A stretch of 64,000 nucleotides of DNA from IMG/VR virus record IMGVR_UViG_3300025848_000001, positions 1 through 64,000 of that record; one strand, 5' to 3'. A model generated the notes under the pieces. That model was not told the DNA's origin, did no database searches, and saw only the letters and a list, made by a program, of their open reading frames with translations. This document shows, piece by piece, positions 9,120 to 20,600 of the stretch. The translations under genes were made by a program, and so were the position numbers. This DNA is from a virus (taxonomy: Duplodnaviria; Caudoviricetes). Each line of letters opens with the position of its first letter. Position 1 is the first letter of the stretch.

Positions 9120-12020
9120 CTAGTTCAATTTAGATTCTAATTCTTCAACTTTTATAGATAATTGTTTAACTGCGTTAAATAAATGAGGTATTAAATTTTC
9201 TCTAAAAATATTCATGTATGCGGGATCACCATTCTCATCTACTCCGCCTGGAATACCTTCAACAATATCTGGATATTTTGGATAAAATTCTGGAGCCATA
9301 AAACCGATTGTTTTTCTACTACTATCTTCTTGATCTATGCCATGAAATTTATACACACTAATATTTTTAATATCTTCTAAAAATGATGTATCATTAAATA
9401 ATTCTATATTTTTCTTTAATCTTGGGTCTGAACCTGTACCAAAAGAAATTGATGAAGTGGTTCCGCCAGCTGATATGAATCCTACGCTTCTATAATCTCC
9501 TCCATCAGCATAAGATTTTGAAAATTGAATCATTCTTGTTTGAACAGATAAATCTGATGTTAAATCAGCAGCAGAGGCATTATCTCTTCTTGCCATAAAT
9601 GGAGCAGTAGTAGTTGCCAATCCATATCCTTGAACTAAGCACCCTTCTGTTATATAAGTTCTAGCCGTAAATACTGTTCTATATGTTCCGCCATACCAGC
9701 CACGTATTTGTAAATCTCCACCTGATGTTTGTTGAATTCTAGCATCTGCTAATGTTGGGCTTGTTGTTGTATAAAAATTAATTATAGAAGCATTTCCTGG
9801 GGCAGCAAACATTGCTAAATTTGCACCAGCATTTAGTTTTAAGGAATCATCTCCTGTTGTTCCTATAGTAATTTTTCCATTATTATATAATACTGTACCG
9901 CCACTTGAACTTGTAATGTCTGAATTGTTTATTGCCCAGCCAGCTATCGAACCAGAATCTGCTGTTATTTTTCCAGATAGATCTGCTGATGTTGCAAATA
10001 ATTTGCCATCAGCTTGCAGTCTAAAAACTCCAGCAGATGTCGAACCTCCGTCTGTGCTGTGATAAATATACGATTTAGCAGCATCTGTGCCAGCACCTGT
10101 TGATGCAGTAGGATTCAATATAATAGAATTTCCTACAGCAGAACCAAATCTTGCTTTACCTGCATTATCTAATCTAAATGTTGAACCTGCTGCATTTGCG
10201 CCATTTTGAATTGCATCTGCAGCAATAACGATTCCACCAATATTTCCGCCATCTGCTTTTATTGTTCCACCTATATCTGCACCTGTAGCTGTTAAAACTC
10301 CTGAAGTATTTACTGAAAATTTTCCAGAGCTTGTAGATATTTCTGTAGCTTTAAGATTACCAGTAATTGTAACACCGCCACCTAGTGGGGCTTCAAAAAC
10401 TGCAGTTCCTCCTGAATTATAAATATATAAACCAGCGGGGAGTCCACTTGATGCGCTTGCCGACATGTCTATTCTTCCGCCACCAGCGGCACCTGCACGA
10501 ATATATGTAGTTGTTTTTAATGATCCAGCCTCAAGATTATTTACAGATATTGTGCCAGCAGCTAATTTATTTACATCAATTTCGCCAGCTTGTATTTTAC
10601 TTGCCGTAATTGCATTAGTTGCAATCTTATCTGCTGTAATAGCAGATGAAACAATTTTATCTGCAGTAATTGCATTAGCTACAATCTTGGCAGAAGTAAT
10701 TGCGTTTGCTGCAATCTTATCAGATTCAATAGCATTTGCTGCAATTTTTTCTGCAGTAATTGCTCCTGCTGCAATTTTTCCAGCTTCTACTGAACCTGCT
10801 GCTAATTTAGCGGCTGTAATTGCATTGGCAGCAATTTTATCAGCATCAATGGCATTTGCTGCTACCTTATCTGCGGTAATTGCAGAAGCAGTAATTTTAT
10901 CTGCAGTAATAGCATTTGTAACTAATTTTGGAGTAGTAATAGCATTATCTGCAATTGCAGTAGCAGTTACTGCATTTGCTGCAATTTTAGCTGCAGTAAT
11001 AGCAGCATTATCTATTTTAACTTCAGTAATTGCACCTGCTGCTATTTTAGCTGCGGTAATGGCATCGTTATCTATTTTAACTTCAGTAATTGCACCTGTA
11101 GCAATTTTAGCAGCAGTAACAGCATCGTTAACCAATTTAGCATTTGTAATTATATTATCTGATAAATCTGAAGGGATTGCAGATCTGGCTCCTGTAGCTT
11201 GGCTCGTAACATTTGAAACCATGGCAGACTCTTCGCCTTTTTTATTTAAAGAGCTTGCATGAAAATAAACTGGCTGATCATACCTAATATAAGTTCCATC
11301 TACTGGAGCAACAATTTTATTGCCAGTTTTATTTGCGGTCATTTGACCAACTTTTATATAAGTGCCAGAAGTTGCTGTTGAAGATGTGCCAGCATATATA
11401 TTAATAGCCTGGAATCCATACCATTCTGCACCGCCAGTATATGTACCATCCCATGCCACTTCAATTCCAGAAAGAACTCTTTCTGAAGTAAATCCTTTAG
11501 GTGTTACTGGAGCTTGAACTTCTTCTTCTTGTGATGGAACAGTAACTGTATAAGCTTCACTAAAAAATGAAGAAACTCCGCTTTTATAATATATTTTAAT
11601 TTGTACTATATATATGCCTGGTTCGGCTTTAAATAAATGCTTAAAGGTTCCTTTAAATGAACCAGCTGGTTTTGTTCCATCGCCGTATGAAGTTCCAGAG
11701 ATGTGTATATCTACTCTATCAAATTGAATTGGATCTACGTCTATTCCAGTTCCTACTTGACCGTTCCATTTTATAATTATTCCACCAGGTACTGCAACAA
11801 CATCACCTGGTTCAAATTTTGGATCTCCTGGCAACTCTTCATTAGGAGTAATTAAATCTTTTTTTGCACTCCACTTGCTAAAAGTATTATCTTTATAAGC
11901 CCATCTAAATTGTAAAGGGTATGTAGTTCCAGGCTTAAGTCCAGTTAAAATTACTTTAAAGTATCCAGCCCTGTCTGACTTTACAGGTTTATCTTGTAAC
12001 TCTTCTTCTGGTAAAGGCAT
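9120..12020 (-). CDS. Tail fibre/spike: FN3-like N-terminus, decapeptide-repeat shaft, C-terminal intramolecular chaperone (peptidase S74)
   Basis: LTGLKPGTTY FN3 motif; about 20 AITAAKIAAN-type repeats; SDPRLKKNI...GFMA...C-terminal coiled coil. Confidence 0.85.
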   Translation of the reverse strand: MPLPEEELQDKPVKSDRAGYFKVILTGLKPGTTYPLQFRWAYKDNTFSKWSAKKDLITPNEELPGDPKFEPGDVVAVPGGIIIKWNGQVGTGIDVDPIQFDRVDIHISGTSYGDGTKPAGSFKGTFKHLFKAEPGIYIVQIKIYYKSGVSSFFSEAYTVTVPSQEEEVQAPVTPKGFTSERVLSGIEVAWDGTYTGGAEWYGFQAINIYAGTSSTATSGTYIKVGQMTANKTGNKIVAPVDGTYIRYDQPVYFHASSLNKKGEESAMVSNVTSQATGARSAIPSDLSDNIITNAKLVNDAVTAAKIATGAITEVKIDNDAITAAKIAAGAITEVKIDNAAITAAKIAANAVTATAIADNAITTPKLVTNAITADKITASAITADKVAANAIDADKIAANAITAAKLAAGSVEAGKIAAGAITAEKIAANAIESDKIAANAITSAKIVANAITADKIVSSAITADKIATNAITASKIQAGEIDVNKLAAGTISVNNLEAGSLKTTTYIRAGAAGGGRIDMSASASSGLPAGLYIYNSGGTAVFEAPLGGGVTITGNLKATEISTSSGKFSVNTSGVLTATGADIGGTIKADGGNIGGIVIAADAIQNGANAAGSTFRLDNAGKARFGSAVGNSIILNPTASTGAGTDAAKSYIYHSTDGGSTSAGVFRLQADGKLFATSADLSGKITADSGSIAGWAINNSDITSSSGGTVLYNNGKITIGTTGDDSLKLNAGANLAMFAAPGNASIINFYTTTSPTLADARIQQTSGGDLQIRGWYGGTYRTVFTARTYITEGCLVQGYGLATTTAPFMARRDNASAADLTSDLSVQTRMIQFSKSYADGGDYRSVGFISAGGTTSSISFGTGSDPRLKKNIELFNDTSFLEDIKNISVYKFHGIDQEDSSRKTIGFMAPEFYPKYPDIVEGIPGGVDENGDPAYMNIFRENLIPHLFNAVKQLSIKVEELESKLN

Positions 12021-12955
12021 TAGAAACTTAACTCCATACGATATTCTACGTCAACCAATCTTCCTATAGTTTTTGTTAGAGGGCTAGAAAGTACTGATCT
12101 ACTAATTAATCCATAGGTTGGGTCAAAAGAATCTTCATCGTTAATTCTAAGTGCATCCATTCCTACTGTAGCTTGAACTCCAGATTTAGGAACAACTACT
12201 ATTCCAATTTTATTTATTTTAGATATATCTGGATTTTCTGAATTTGCTCCAGCATACAGAACAGACAATAGGATGTCGCTAGATATCTTATTGCCAGTTC
12301 CAGAATTATCATTTATTTCTACCTCATAGTAGGCAGTATCAGAACTATAGAATCTAATTTTTATTTTATCTAAATTATTATCATTCTTATAATAAGAAAA
12401 TTTAATTGAATCGTTTACGCTATACCCAGAAAAATCTGTTTCTGTTATTGTGCAAGAATATTCTTTTTCTATTCCTGTTCCTGAAATAAAGTTTAAAACA
12501 TCTTCTCCTACTAATGCCCCAGTTGTAGATCTTTCTGGATTAAATAAATCAGAATCTTGCCAAGCAAACTGATCAGAGAAATCTGATATAAATTTACTAT
12601 CAAAACTATTAGAGGAAGATCTTCTTGATGGATAAGTTCCAATTTCTTTTATTACACCAGCTACGTCTACTGGAAGGACTGTTTTATATACAACAAAATA
12701 TCTTATTCCATTTTCATCTGAATATATATCTGTGCTACCAAATTCTACTGGAAGTCTATAAAACTCAAATCCAAGTCTTGTATCAGTTTCAGTGGCAGCA
12801 GTATAATCTATGCCAAACGCTAAATCTTTTTTATGATCAGTTATATTTCCTGCAATAAAATTGGCAAGAAATCTTTTACCGTATAAAGTAATTATATTTT
12901 CTGATCTATATATCTCTTTACCATTTTCGCTAAATATATATGTGCCCTTAACCAT
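12020..12955 (-). CDS. Minor tail/baseplate protein
   Basis: ENIITLYGKRFLA...DTRLGFEFYR pattern typical of tail-tip proteins; position. Confidence 0.6.
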   Translation of the reverse strand: MVKGTYIFSENGKEIYRSENIITLYGKRFLANFIAGNITDHKKDLAFGIDYTAATETDTRLGFEFYRLPVEFGSTDIYSDENGIRYFVVYKTVLPVDVAGVIKEIGTYPSRRSSSNSFDSKFISDFSDQFAWQDSDLFNPERSTTGALVGEDVLNFISGTGIEKEYSCTITETDFSGYSVNDSIKFSYYKNDNNLDKIKIRFYSSDTAYYEVEINDNSGTGNKISSDILLSVLYAGANSENPDISKINKIGIVVVPKSGVQATVGMDALRINDEDSFDPTYGLISRSVLSSPLTKTIGRLVDVEYRMELSF

Positions 12956-13361
12956 TTCCTACCTCTGTTTTCTTTTCTTTTTGAATATCTACCCATTCTA
13001 CTGTATCTGGAAATTTAGAAGTATTCTTTATATATATTTCATATTCCCAATGTAGCTGGCCATTAATATAAATCTTTTTTGGAGGATATACTATTTCTAC
13101 AGAATCTAAAGATACTACATCTACTCCTCCGCCTGGATCTTCTTCATTATTTTCCTCATCACCTTTTATTCCACTATCTTCTTCTCTGGATTTAAAATTT
13201 AAATTTGAAAAATTAGAATCTTTTATTGGCTCTACAACTGGATTTTCATTTTTTACTTTGCTGGGATTTAAAAATAATGCAGCTTTACTACCTGGAGCTA
13301 CGACAACAATAGGGGACTCTTGCTGTCTAAGTAATTTTTTTACAGTATCTTTAGTTGCCAT
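12948..13361 (-). CDS. Hypothetical tail-region protein
   Basis: 137-aa ORF with its own extended -10 promoter. Confidence 0.6.
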   Translation of the reverse strand: MATKDTVKKLLRQQESPIVVVAPGSKAALFLNPSKVKNENPVVEPIKDSNFSNLNFKSREEDSGIKGDEENNEEDPGGGVDVVSLDSVEIVYPPKKIYINGQLHWEYEIYIKNTSKFPDTVEWVDIQKEKKTEVGNG

Positions 13362-13380
13362 TTTTTTATTATACCATTAC

Positions 13381-15078
13381 CTATATTGTCCTGCATACTA
13401 CATCTGTAGAAAGGCCTTGCTGAAAAGTATGAGATACCTGTGTGACCACAAGGGTTTCAGTCCCAATAAAATTCTGATAAGCATATTTAATTGAAACTAT
13501 ATCTCCTATTTGTATTAATGGGTTTCCAAAAACTTTCATTTTTACTACTCTTCCTTTATTAATTATTTGTGTCTTTATCCAATCCCCCAAAGATTTAGCG
13601 TCCTCTAATCTTTGTACCCAGGTTGTTTCAAATACTACTGGTCTTTTTACAGCATAATCATTGTCCATTTTTGTTTCATATTCTAAAGTAGACGATTCAG
13701 TAATTGGATTTCCATATAAGAAAAAGTTTGCTGAATTACCATCAGCAAGAGGAGTAGTTGTTGAACTATTATTAATTGCCCAAACTTGAGATGAAAAATT
13801 ATTATAATCTTGTGAAAGAATAGATACTGCAGAATTTACTCCAGTATCCCACCCTATAGGGTAAGCTGGAATTTTATTAAATTGAACATCAAACTTTCTA
13901 ATCTCTCTAACAACAGTACCAAATTCATCAACAAAATTTTTTACATTGTTTGGTAATTCTCCTTCTTGAAATTTTAATTCTCCGAAAGCTGTTGATAATA
14001 AATCTTTAGAATATCTTCCATAATATTTATTTGTTATTGCAGAAACATCAGAAAACTTTTTTGCATCTATCTCTAAAGCATACACATAATCAAAATGAGC
14101 TTTTCCTCTTGTACAAAGAAGGGCAATTTTCTTAGTAGGCTCAACAATTTTAGTAACCTTCTTGGTCCCAGTGTCATACTTGCTCGTGTCTGAAGCAGAA
14201 AACTTTATTCCATTTATATAAGCATTCATTTCAATTGTTTTGCCTGAAACCTTTACTCTTATATCTACGTTATATATTTCTCCAGCAAATATTGAAACAT
14301 CTATTGTTTCTGCTAATGTCTCAACTCCGCTTTTACCTGTTACTAATTTTACCCATCTTAATGTTTTTCTAGATGTTTCGGCAGCTGATGCTGCTGTTTC
14401 CATGATAAGATAATATCCCTTATTTCCTCTTTCATCTGCAAAAAATCCTATTCCTGCTCCAGATTTACCATTATCTAAATCTGAAGCAAATCTAAAACTT
14501 GTTCCAAAAGAATAATATTTTTCTGAATATGACTGTACAGTATTTTTACCGCCAGGTAGTAATACGTCTGTGCTGGAGGGCAGAGTTATTGATTCAAAAG
14601 TTTTTGTTGCAAGTGTATTTTTTTTATCATCAGATTGTTTTGATGCAAGCGTTAAATACCCTTTATAAAAATTACTATTTATATCTTTTGGATCTGTAGA
14701 ATTTCCTAATAAGGATTGACCTGCTATTTCTTCATCCATAGTAAACGTTGGAGTTGTTAAAACCTGAGTTTCTTTATCTTGAGAAGCAAAATATGCAACA
14801 ATTTCTAATTTATACTTATTACCTTTTAATAAATTAGGAACTATAAATGTGGAAGATGTCGGGTCTGGATTTAGTGCAACTGGTGATGTTGCTGTCGTTA
14901 CATTTATAATATTTACTTTATAAAAAGACGGCTCTTCGTCCATGTTCATAGTTTCAATAGTTACTTCGACTGCATTATCAGATATTTGAATTATTTCAGG
15001 AGAATTTATAATAGATTTGTTTTCATCAACTCCAGCGTCGTTATCGAGCATGAATCCACCACTAAAAGCTAACACCAT
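13381..15078 (-). CDS. Minor tail protein (tail tip)
   Basis: FN3-like and lectin-like segments; C-terminal GNPLIQIGDIV hub-type motif. Confidence 0.7.
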   Translation of the reverse strand: MVLAFSGGFMLDNDAGVDENKSIINSPEIIQISDNAVEVTIETMNMDEEPSFYKVNIINVTTATSPVALNPDPTSSTFIVPNLLKGNKYKLEIVAYFASQDKETQVLTTPTFTMDEEIAGQSLLGNSTDPKDINSNFYKGYLTLASKQSDDKKNTLATKTFESITLPSSTDVLLPGGKNTVQSYSEKYYSFGTSFRFASDLDNGKSGAGIGFFADERGNKGYYLIMETAASAAETSRKTLRWVKLVTGKSGVETLAETIDVSIFAGEIYNVDIRVKVSGKTIEMNAYINGIKFSASDTSKYDTGTKKVTKIVEPTKKIALLCTRGKAHFDYVYALEIDAKKFSDVSAITNKYYGRYSKDLLSTAFGELKFQEGELPNNVKNFVDEFGTVVREIRKFDVQFNKIPAYPIGWDTGVNSAVSILSQDYNNFSSQVWAINNSSTTTPLADGNSANFFLYGNPITESSTLEYETKMDNDYAVKRPVVFETTWVQRLEDAKSLGDWIKTQIINKGRVVKMKVFGNPLIQIGDIVSIKYAYQNFIGTETLVVTQVSHTFQQGLSTDVVCRTI

Positions 15079-17138
15079 TATGCCCAGGAAGCCCTATAGG
15101 CCTTCCATCCCCCTCCCGTAAAAGCCTCGCTAGTTTTAACATGGGCTGCTGGAGTGGTGCCTAAAGCACCCCTCTGTTTAATCCTTAATTTATTACTAGG
15201 TCCAAAAGTTACATTTAAAATACCTGTCGATGGATCGTATTGTCTGCTTTCTGCTAGTGCTTGGTACTTTGCAACATCAGATTCAGATTCAATCCAAACA
15301 TATTCTACCTTTTTATTTAGCTTATTAACTAATTTATATTGAACAGCATCATATTCTATAATTTCAGAATTAATTACTAAATATCCTGAATAAGAAAATG
15401 GAGAAAATATATTATTGTATTCTGTCATTTGATCTATTTGAATTTCTAGACCTTCGCCTGCTGCTGGACTAGAGGCTGTGGTTTCGGATAACAGAGCCCC
15501 TGCAGCAAGATAACTAACTGGAGAAGAATACAATGCTTCTGAAGATCCTATTAAATTAGAATTAAATGGGCTATTATAAATAACCTTAACCTGATTAGCG
15601 CTTGGTATTTCTTTGTGGCTAAAAGATGCTATGTTAGGAAGAGTTGTTCCGTCTTTATCATATGTAAATGTAAATGATTTTTCTTTTGTATTATCATATA
15701 TATAGTTTCTACTTGATATTAATAATGTTCCATACTCATCAAAAAAAGCGTTCATCTGTGTATCATTACATATTTCTTGAATTGATTCCCAAACGCTTTT
15801 TCTTCCGTCTGACCACCAATAATTAATTAATGGAATTGAATTATCTGACTTTACATTTGTTCCAAGAACTGGGTCAATCTGTTCTTTAATATTAAAATAA
15901 TAATTAGTAAATCCTACGGAATCTAAAAGCCCAGTAATTACTCCCGTTGCTGGATAAGACTCGTATAGTCTTTCTGGAGCTATTGATTCCATTAAAAATT
16001 TTGCATAATCAAATGCTTGTATATTTACAGAACCGTACCCAGATATCTCCCATGAATCTATATAAAATATTCCCTGCTGAACTACATCATAATTTGATGT
16101 TACAGTTACTGCATTACTGTGATAAATTTTAAAATAAGTTTTAATTTCTGCTTTTGCAACCATATAAATGATATCTGGATTAATAGAGGCGTCTTCAAAA
16201 TTATAATTTTTAATTTGCAAAGTAGCACTATTCATAGAATTATCTTCATATCTGGCTAAATCTAAAACCATTGAATTGGCAGAAACTTTTCCTACTGGCA
16301 ATATATCTTCTGAATTTGCGGATGCTTCTTTTTTAATTTGCATTGAAACTATATCTTCAGATATATCTTTTACAAGTCTTCCAGAAATTTCTATTAATCC
16401 TATTATTTTATCAGACTGATTAGTTGCTGTAACTCTAATTTTTTCTACTTCTAGTGGGTTAGCATATTTAAATTCTGTGCCATCGCTGTTGGAATAAACA
16501 TCATTTGAATTTCTTTCCCATGCATCTACAGTTTTATCTACATAATGCAAAATTAATTTTCCGTTAGTAATATCTGTATAAGTACCTACTAAACTTTCTT
16601 GTTGATTTTTTAATTTTATATACACACTACAACTAGACGGGACATAATGAAATTTTTCAAATGTAACAATTATTTTATTTATAAATGCTGTTTTAGTAGA
16701 ATTTGAATTAACATAATTAACAGACACATCTAAATTTTTACCAATTGGAGTAACAAAATATTTATATTCATTTGTATCACCTGCATAGTATACCCTTGGC
16801 ATATCACTTGGATACTCGTATACCCTTAATGTAGAATAATTATTATACGGAGAAGTAGAATCTGGATATTCAGATTGTGTTGCAATGTAATATTTAATTC
16901 CACCAATTTGTGGTCTAAACGGTTTCACGATTGAGTCTACTGGAAATAGTTTTTTAAAAGGATTAATTTTTATTGTAGGTGTAACTTGAGAAATATAATC
17001 ATTATCATTTGCAGTAGTAGTTACTGTTAAATTTTCTAATAATGAATTCATATTATATTCTATTCTTGCGCCTGGCTTGGCAATAATAGAAGATTGTTGT
17101 TTAAATAAATTAGTTAAGTTTGAGGATATATTTAACAT
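15078..17138 (-). CDS. Minor tail protein (baseplate hub-like)
   Basis: GIFYIDSW, AFFDEYGTL hub-type motifs; follows the distal tail gene. Confidence 0.7.
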   Translation of the reverse strand: MLNISSNLTNLFKQQSSIIAKPGARIEYNMNSLLENLTVTTTANDNDYISQVTPTIKINPFKKLFPVDSIVKPFRPQIGGIKYYIATQSEYPDSTSPYNNYSTLRVYEYPSDMPRVYYAGDTNEYKYFVTPIGKNLDVSVNYVNSNSTKTAFINKIIVTFEKFHYVPSSCSVYIKLKNQQESLVGTYTDITNGKLILHYVDKTVDAWERNSNDVYSNSDGTEFKYANPLEVEKIRVTATNQSDKIIGLIEISGRLVKDISEDIVSMQIKKEASANSEDILPVGKVSANSMVLDLARYEDNSMNSATLQIKNYNFEDASINPDIIYMVAKAEIKTYFKIYHSNAVTVTSNYDVVQQGIFYIDSWEISGYGSVNIQAFDYAKFLMESIAPERLYESYPATGVITGLLDSVGFTNYYFNIKEQIDPVLGTNVKSDNSIPLINYWWSDGRKSVWESIQEICNDTQMNAFFDEYGTLLISSRNYIYDNTKEKSFTFTYDKDGTTLPNIASFSHKEIPSANQVKVIYNSPFNSNLIGSSEALYSSPVSYLAAGALLSETTASSPAAGEGLEIQIDQMTEYNNIFSPFSYSGYLVINSEIIEYDAVQYKLVNKLNKKVEYVWIESESDVAKYQALAESRQYDPSTGILNVTFGPSNKLRIKQRGALGTTPAAHVKTSEAFTGGGWKAYRASWA

Positions 17139-17614
17139 TATACCTCTTCCATACTAAAGGAGACATTCCAGAAAGCGTTTACTCCTCGCTTAACTAATTG
17201 AAAACTACAATTTGTAAATGATACAGTATATTCTTCTTCATTAGTAGTACCATAATCTTTTGAACCGCCTTTTGCAAAATTTAATCTAATTTTAAAAGTT
17301 GATTTTCCTGAAGTGCTTTTATAAAATTCTCTTAAATCTTCCGCTCCCCACTTACCATCGGCTGTTTGAACCCTGTATGACGGGAGCATTGTCCAAGAAA
17401 CGTTAAACATTTTTTTATCATTTACATAAAATTTTCTTAATGTTCCATTTGCCATTCTTTGAGTTTCTTCAATTCTCAAAGAAGATACATCTACTTCTGA
17501 CCTATTATGATCAGATAATTCTATCCATGTTTCGGAAGTAAGTGCGGGGGTAGCAAGAGGGTCTTTTGCATATACTCTTATTAAATTACCCTTTGGTAAT
17601 GTTATAATTGTCAT
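17138..17614 (-). CDS. Distal tail protein-like
   Basis: Directly after the tape measure; RMANGTLRKFYV motif. Confidence 0.65.
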   Translation of the reverse strand: MTIITLPKGNLIRVYAKDPLATPALTSETWIELSDHNRSEVDVSSLRIEETQRMANGTLRKFYVNDKKMFNVSWTMLPSYRVQTADGKWGAEDLREFYKSTSGKSTFKIRLNFAKGGSKDYGTTNEEEYTVSFTNCSFQLVKRGVNAFWNVSFSMEEV

Positions 17615-20600
17615 TAAGCACCTACTCCTAAACTGATATTACTATTTGATGCACTTTTTTCAAAAGACATTAAAGATTTAAATTCTTCAAATACCTGTCT
17701 TCCATTTTTAACTGGTTCAGTAAATGTCATTTGAACAGAACCAATATTTATATTTTTATTATTGGTTGAAGTAGTATTCATTGTACCATTTCTTAAAGCA
17801 TTTACATAGTCTGTATCATAAACGCCTTCTCTTCCAGCCTGCAATATAGCAGACACTTCTGATCCATAAGCACCAGGTATTGGGCCATTCCAATCATGGA
17901 ATTTTCTTATTTGACCAGCGTAGCCACCTTTAGCCATTTTTGGAATTAATAAAGATTGACCTAAAGCTTCTTCTGCTCTTTTTATTATATCAAGCCAAAG
18001 AGTAGTTCCACCTTGCTCTAAATTATATTTAGAATGTCCTGGCATTGCTGTCATGAGTGGAGATGAAAGTTTTATTGATCTTCCAGAATCAGAATCTTTC
18101 ATTATCTGCATTAATGCTCTTATTTCATTTTCACTTAAAACAGATTTTAATCTTTCTACTGCTTCTGGAGATACTTTTCCTTTTGAAGGCATTAATGCTG
18201 TTTTATAAAAATCATACATTCTTAAATATCTTTGAGGGCCGCCTTGTCCATTCCATCCTAAACCAATTCTTGTTGCTGACCTTAAGCTATCTATGGTTGC
18301 TGGATTAAATACATTTGCATATTCCTCCATCATTCCGCCCATTCCTATTGGAGTTGGAAATGCTTCTGCTGGAATATCCGCCCTGTAGAGTCCTCCATAC
18401 TGTTTACCCGCAAGATTAGTTCTTGTCAAACCTAAGTTTCTTAAATATGAAGCAGCCATTCTTGAATTTAATGACCAGTAGCCACCTAGCTCATGTGCTA
18501 TGTTTGTGCTAAAAATTTGTTCTGGAGTAAGAGATGGATCTGACATCATCATTCCACTTACATAATTATCATAATTCCATGGAGCTCTAACGGCCCTAAA
18601 CATTGCTAACGGCTGTGAAGCGCTTAATCCATGTGCTTGAAGATATGCAGCATTTGCAGCTTTAATAAAATCTGAAGGTTTATCTATTTGAGAAGCAGAT
18701 GGGCCAGAAAAATCAAATCCCTCCCCTTTCCATCTACTTGTTGCATTTTCTGCATTTCCTACTATGGATTTAAAGAAATCGTCTTTGCTCATTCCTTCAA
18801 CAACTGGGTTTTTTGATGAAACTAAAATATCATAAGCTTTGCCCCAATATTTTCTAAAAGCTGCTCCAATGTCTGAAGATTCATCAAACATAGACGTAGA
18901 TAACTTTAATGAGTCAGTAGAAGAAATACTTGGAACAGCTCTTCCAGAACTAATTGCTGACTCAACTATTGCTTTACGCAAGTTTCTCATTATAGTTGTA
19001 CTTGCCTTAGTAGAACTAATTGCTGTAGACCCTGTAGCAGCTGTAACGCCTAGTTTTGCTAATGCTCCTGTACCAACAAAATTGAGTGGGAATAATGCTG
19101 CAGATAAGGTATCTCCCTTTCTTCCCTGACCAGCAACTTTTCTTAATAATGACTTAAGTCCTAGTGGATCTGCTGACATCCATGAAGTAAATTTACTACT
19201 ATTTAATAATGATTGTGCTTCATCTTGTGATTTTGTTAGACTATTAACATACTTTTGGAACCAATTTAATTTTTTAGCTGGGACTTGATTACGCATTCCC
19301 TTTTCATGTGGAGCTCCACCATCTTTAAATCCTAAATATCCACCTTGATTAAACATTAATGGGCCAAGACCGTATGCACCATTTCCTATTCCACCCATAG
19401 AAGCTCCAGAACCAGCGTAGCGTTCTGGAGATTTATCCAAACCTAATCCAGGACCTCCATAAGGTTTCTTTGGCTGTTCAGCCATCTGATGCCAATAATC
19501 TGAAAATTGAGGAATGTTTCCAGTAAATTTAAGTCCTGGAATTTCTGTTCCACCCCAAGGATCTTTTCCGTCATTATTAAATATTGGCTTACCATATTTA
19601 TCAAATCCAATTGGTGATTGTTGATATAGTCTTTCTAATTCTCCCCAATATCTTCCATGCGGACTACCTATAGGCCTTCCGCTTCTTGTATATGGAACAC
19701 CTGGTTTACGATTATTTATTAAAGGATTTAAAGATCCACCTTCTTTAAATCCTAATGCAGAAAGTTTAGTAATCCCTGCAACTTTCATAGGAATTAAAGT
19801 ATTCATATTTAAATTTTGTTTATCTACAAAATCTGGAGAAGAAACTAAATTACTATAATTTGATCTAGCCTCGTCAGGTCCTGAGTATTTTGATCCAACT
19901 ACATCAATATAATCTTTACCAGTTGCTATCTTATATGCTCTGTAAGCCCAAAAATTTCTTGTATTTAATCTATAGTAATCTTTATGTGGTCTTTCATATT
20001 TAAGCATAAATAATTTAGTTGCTTCAGCAATACTATTTGTTTTATTCATTGCTTTTATAGTTGTGCCTTGACTTGGCATTTCATATATTAAAAAGTCTAT
20101 TTGATTTTCAAGACTGTATACGTCTTTTCTTCCATTTCGTTTTAGCCAAGCTAAATAGTTTTTCCATCTGGCATCAGCGCCCCATTGTGCTATACCTCTG
20201 CCTGCCCAAAATAATTTTCCAGTTTTAGGATGTCTATGTGGGGTTTCGTTAGATCTTGGATTTAAGGTAGATTCTGCTATTAAATTACCTACAATTCCAG
20301 ACGCCGCTTCTTTAGTGAGTCCTGCTGAAATTAATTTTTGCATTGAGTATGACATTCTGTCTTCAAGATTATTAAAATTATATGTAGGCTGTTTTATACC
20401 GCCAGTAGAACCTGCAGCATATTTACCAATAAATCCTCCTTGGGCAAAACCAAGAATATTTTTTGCAGCCATTATAACGCCATCTGAACCATATTTATTT
20501 ATTAAATCCATATTTGGGACAGTAACATCATCTACGGAGGCACCTCTTGTTATATACTCTTCATTAGAAACTTTAATTGGAGAAATTCCTCCATTTGATC

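Noticed and set aside
10465-11262. 265-aa plus-strand ORF
   Set aside because: Antisense shadow of the decapeptide repeats in the tail fibre.
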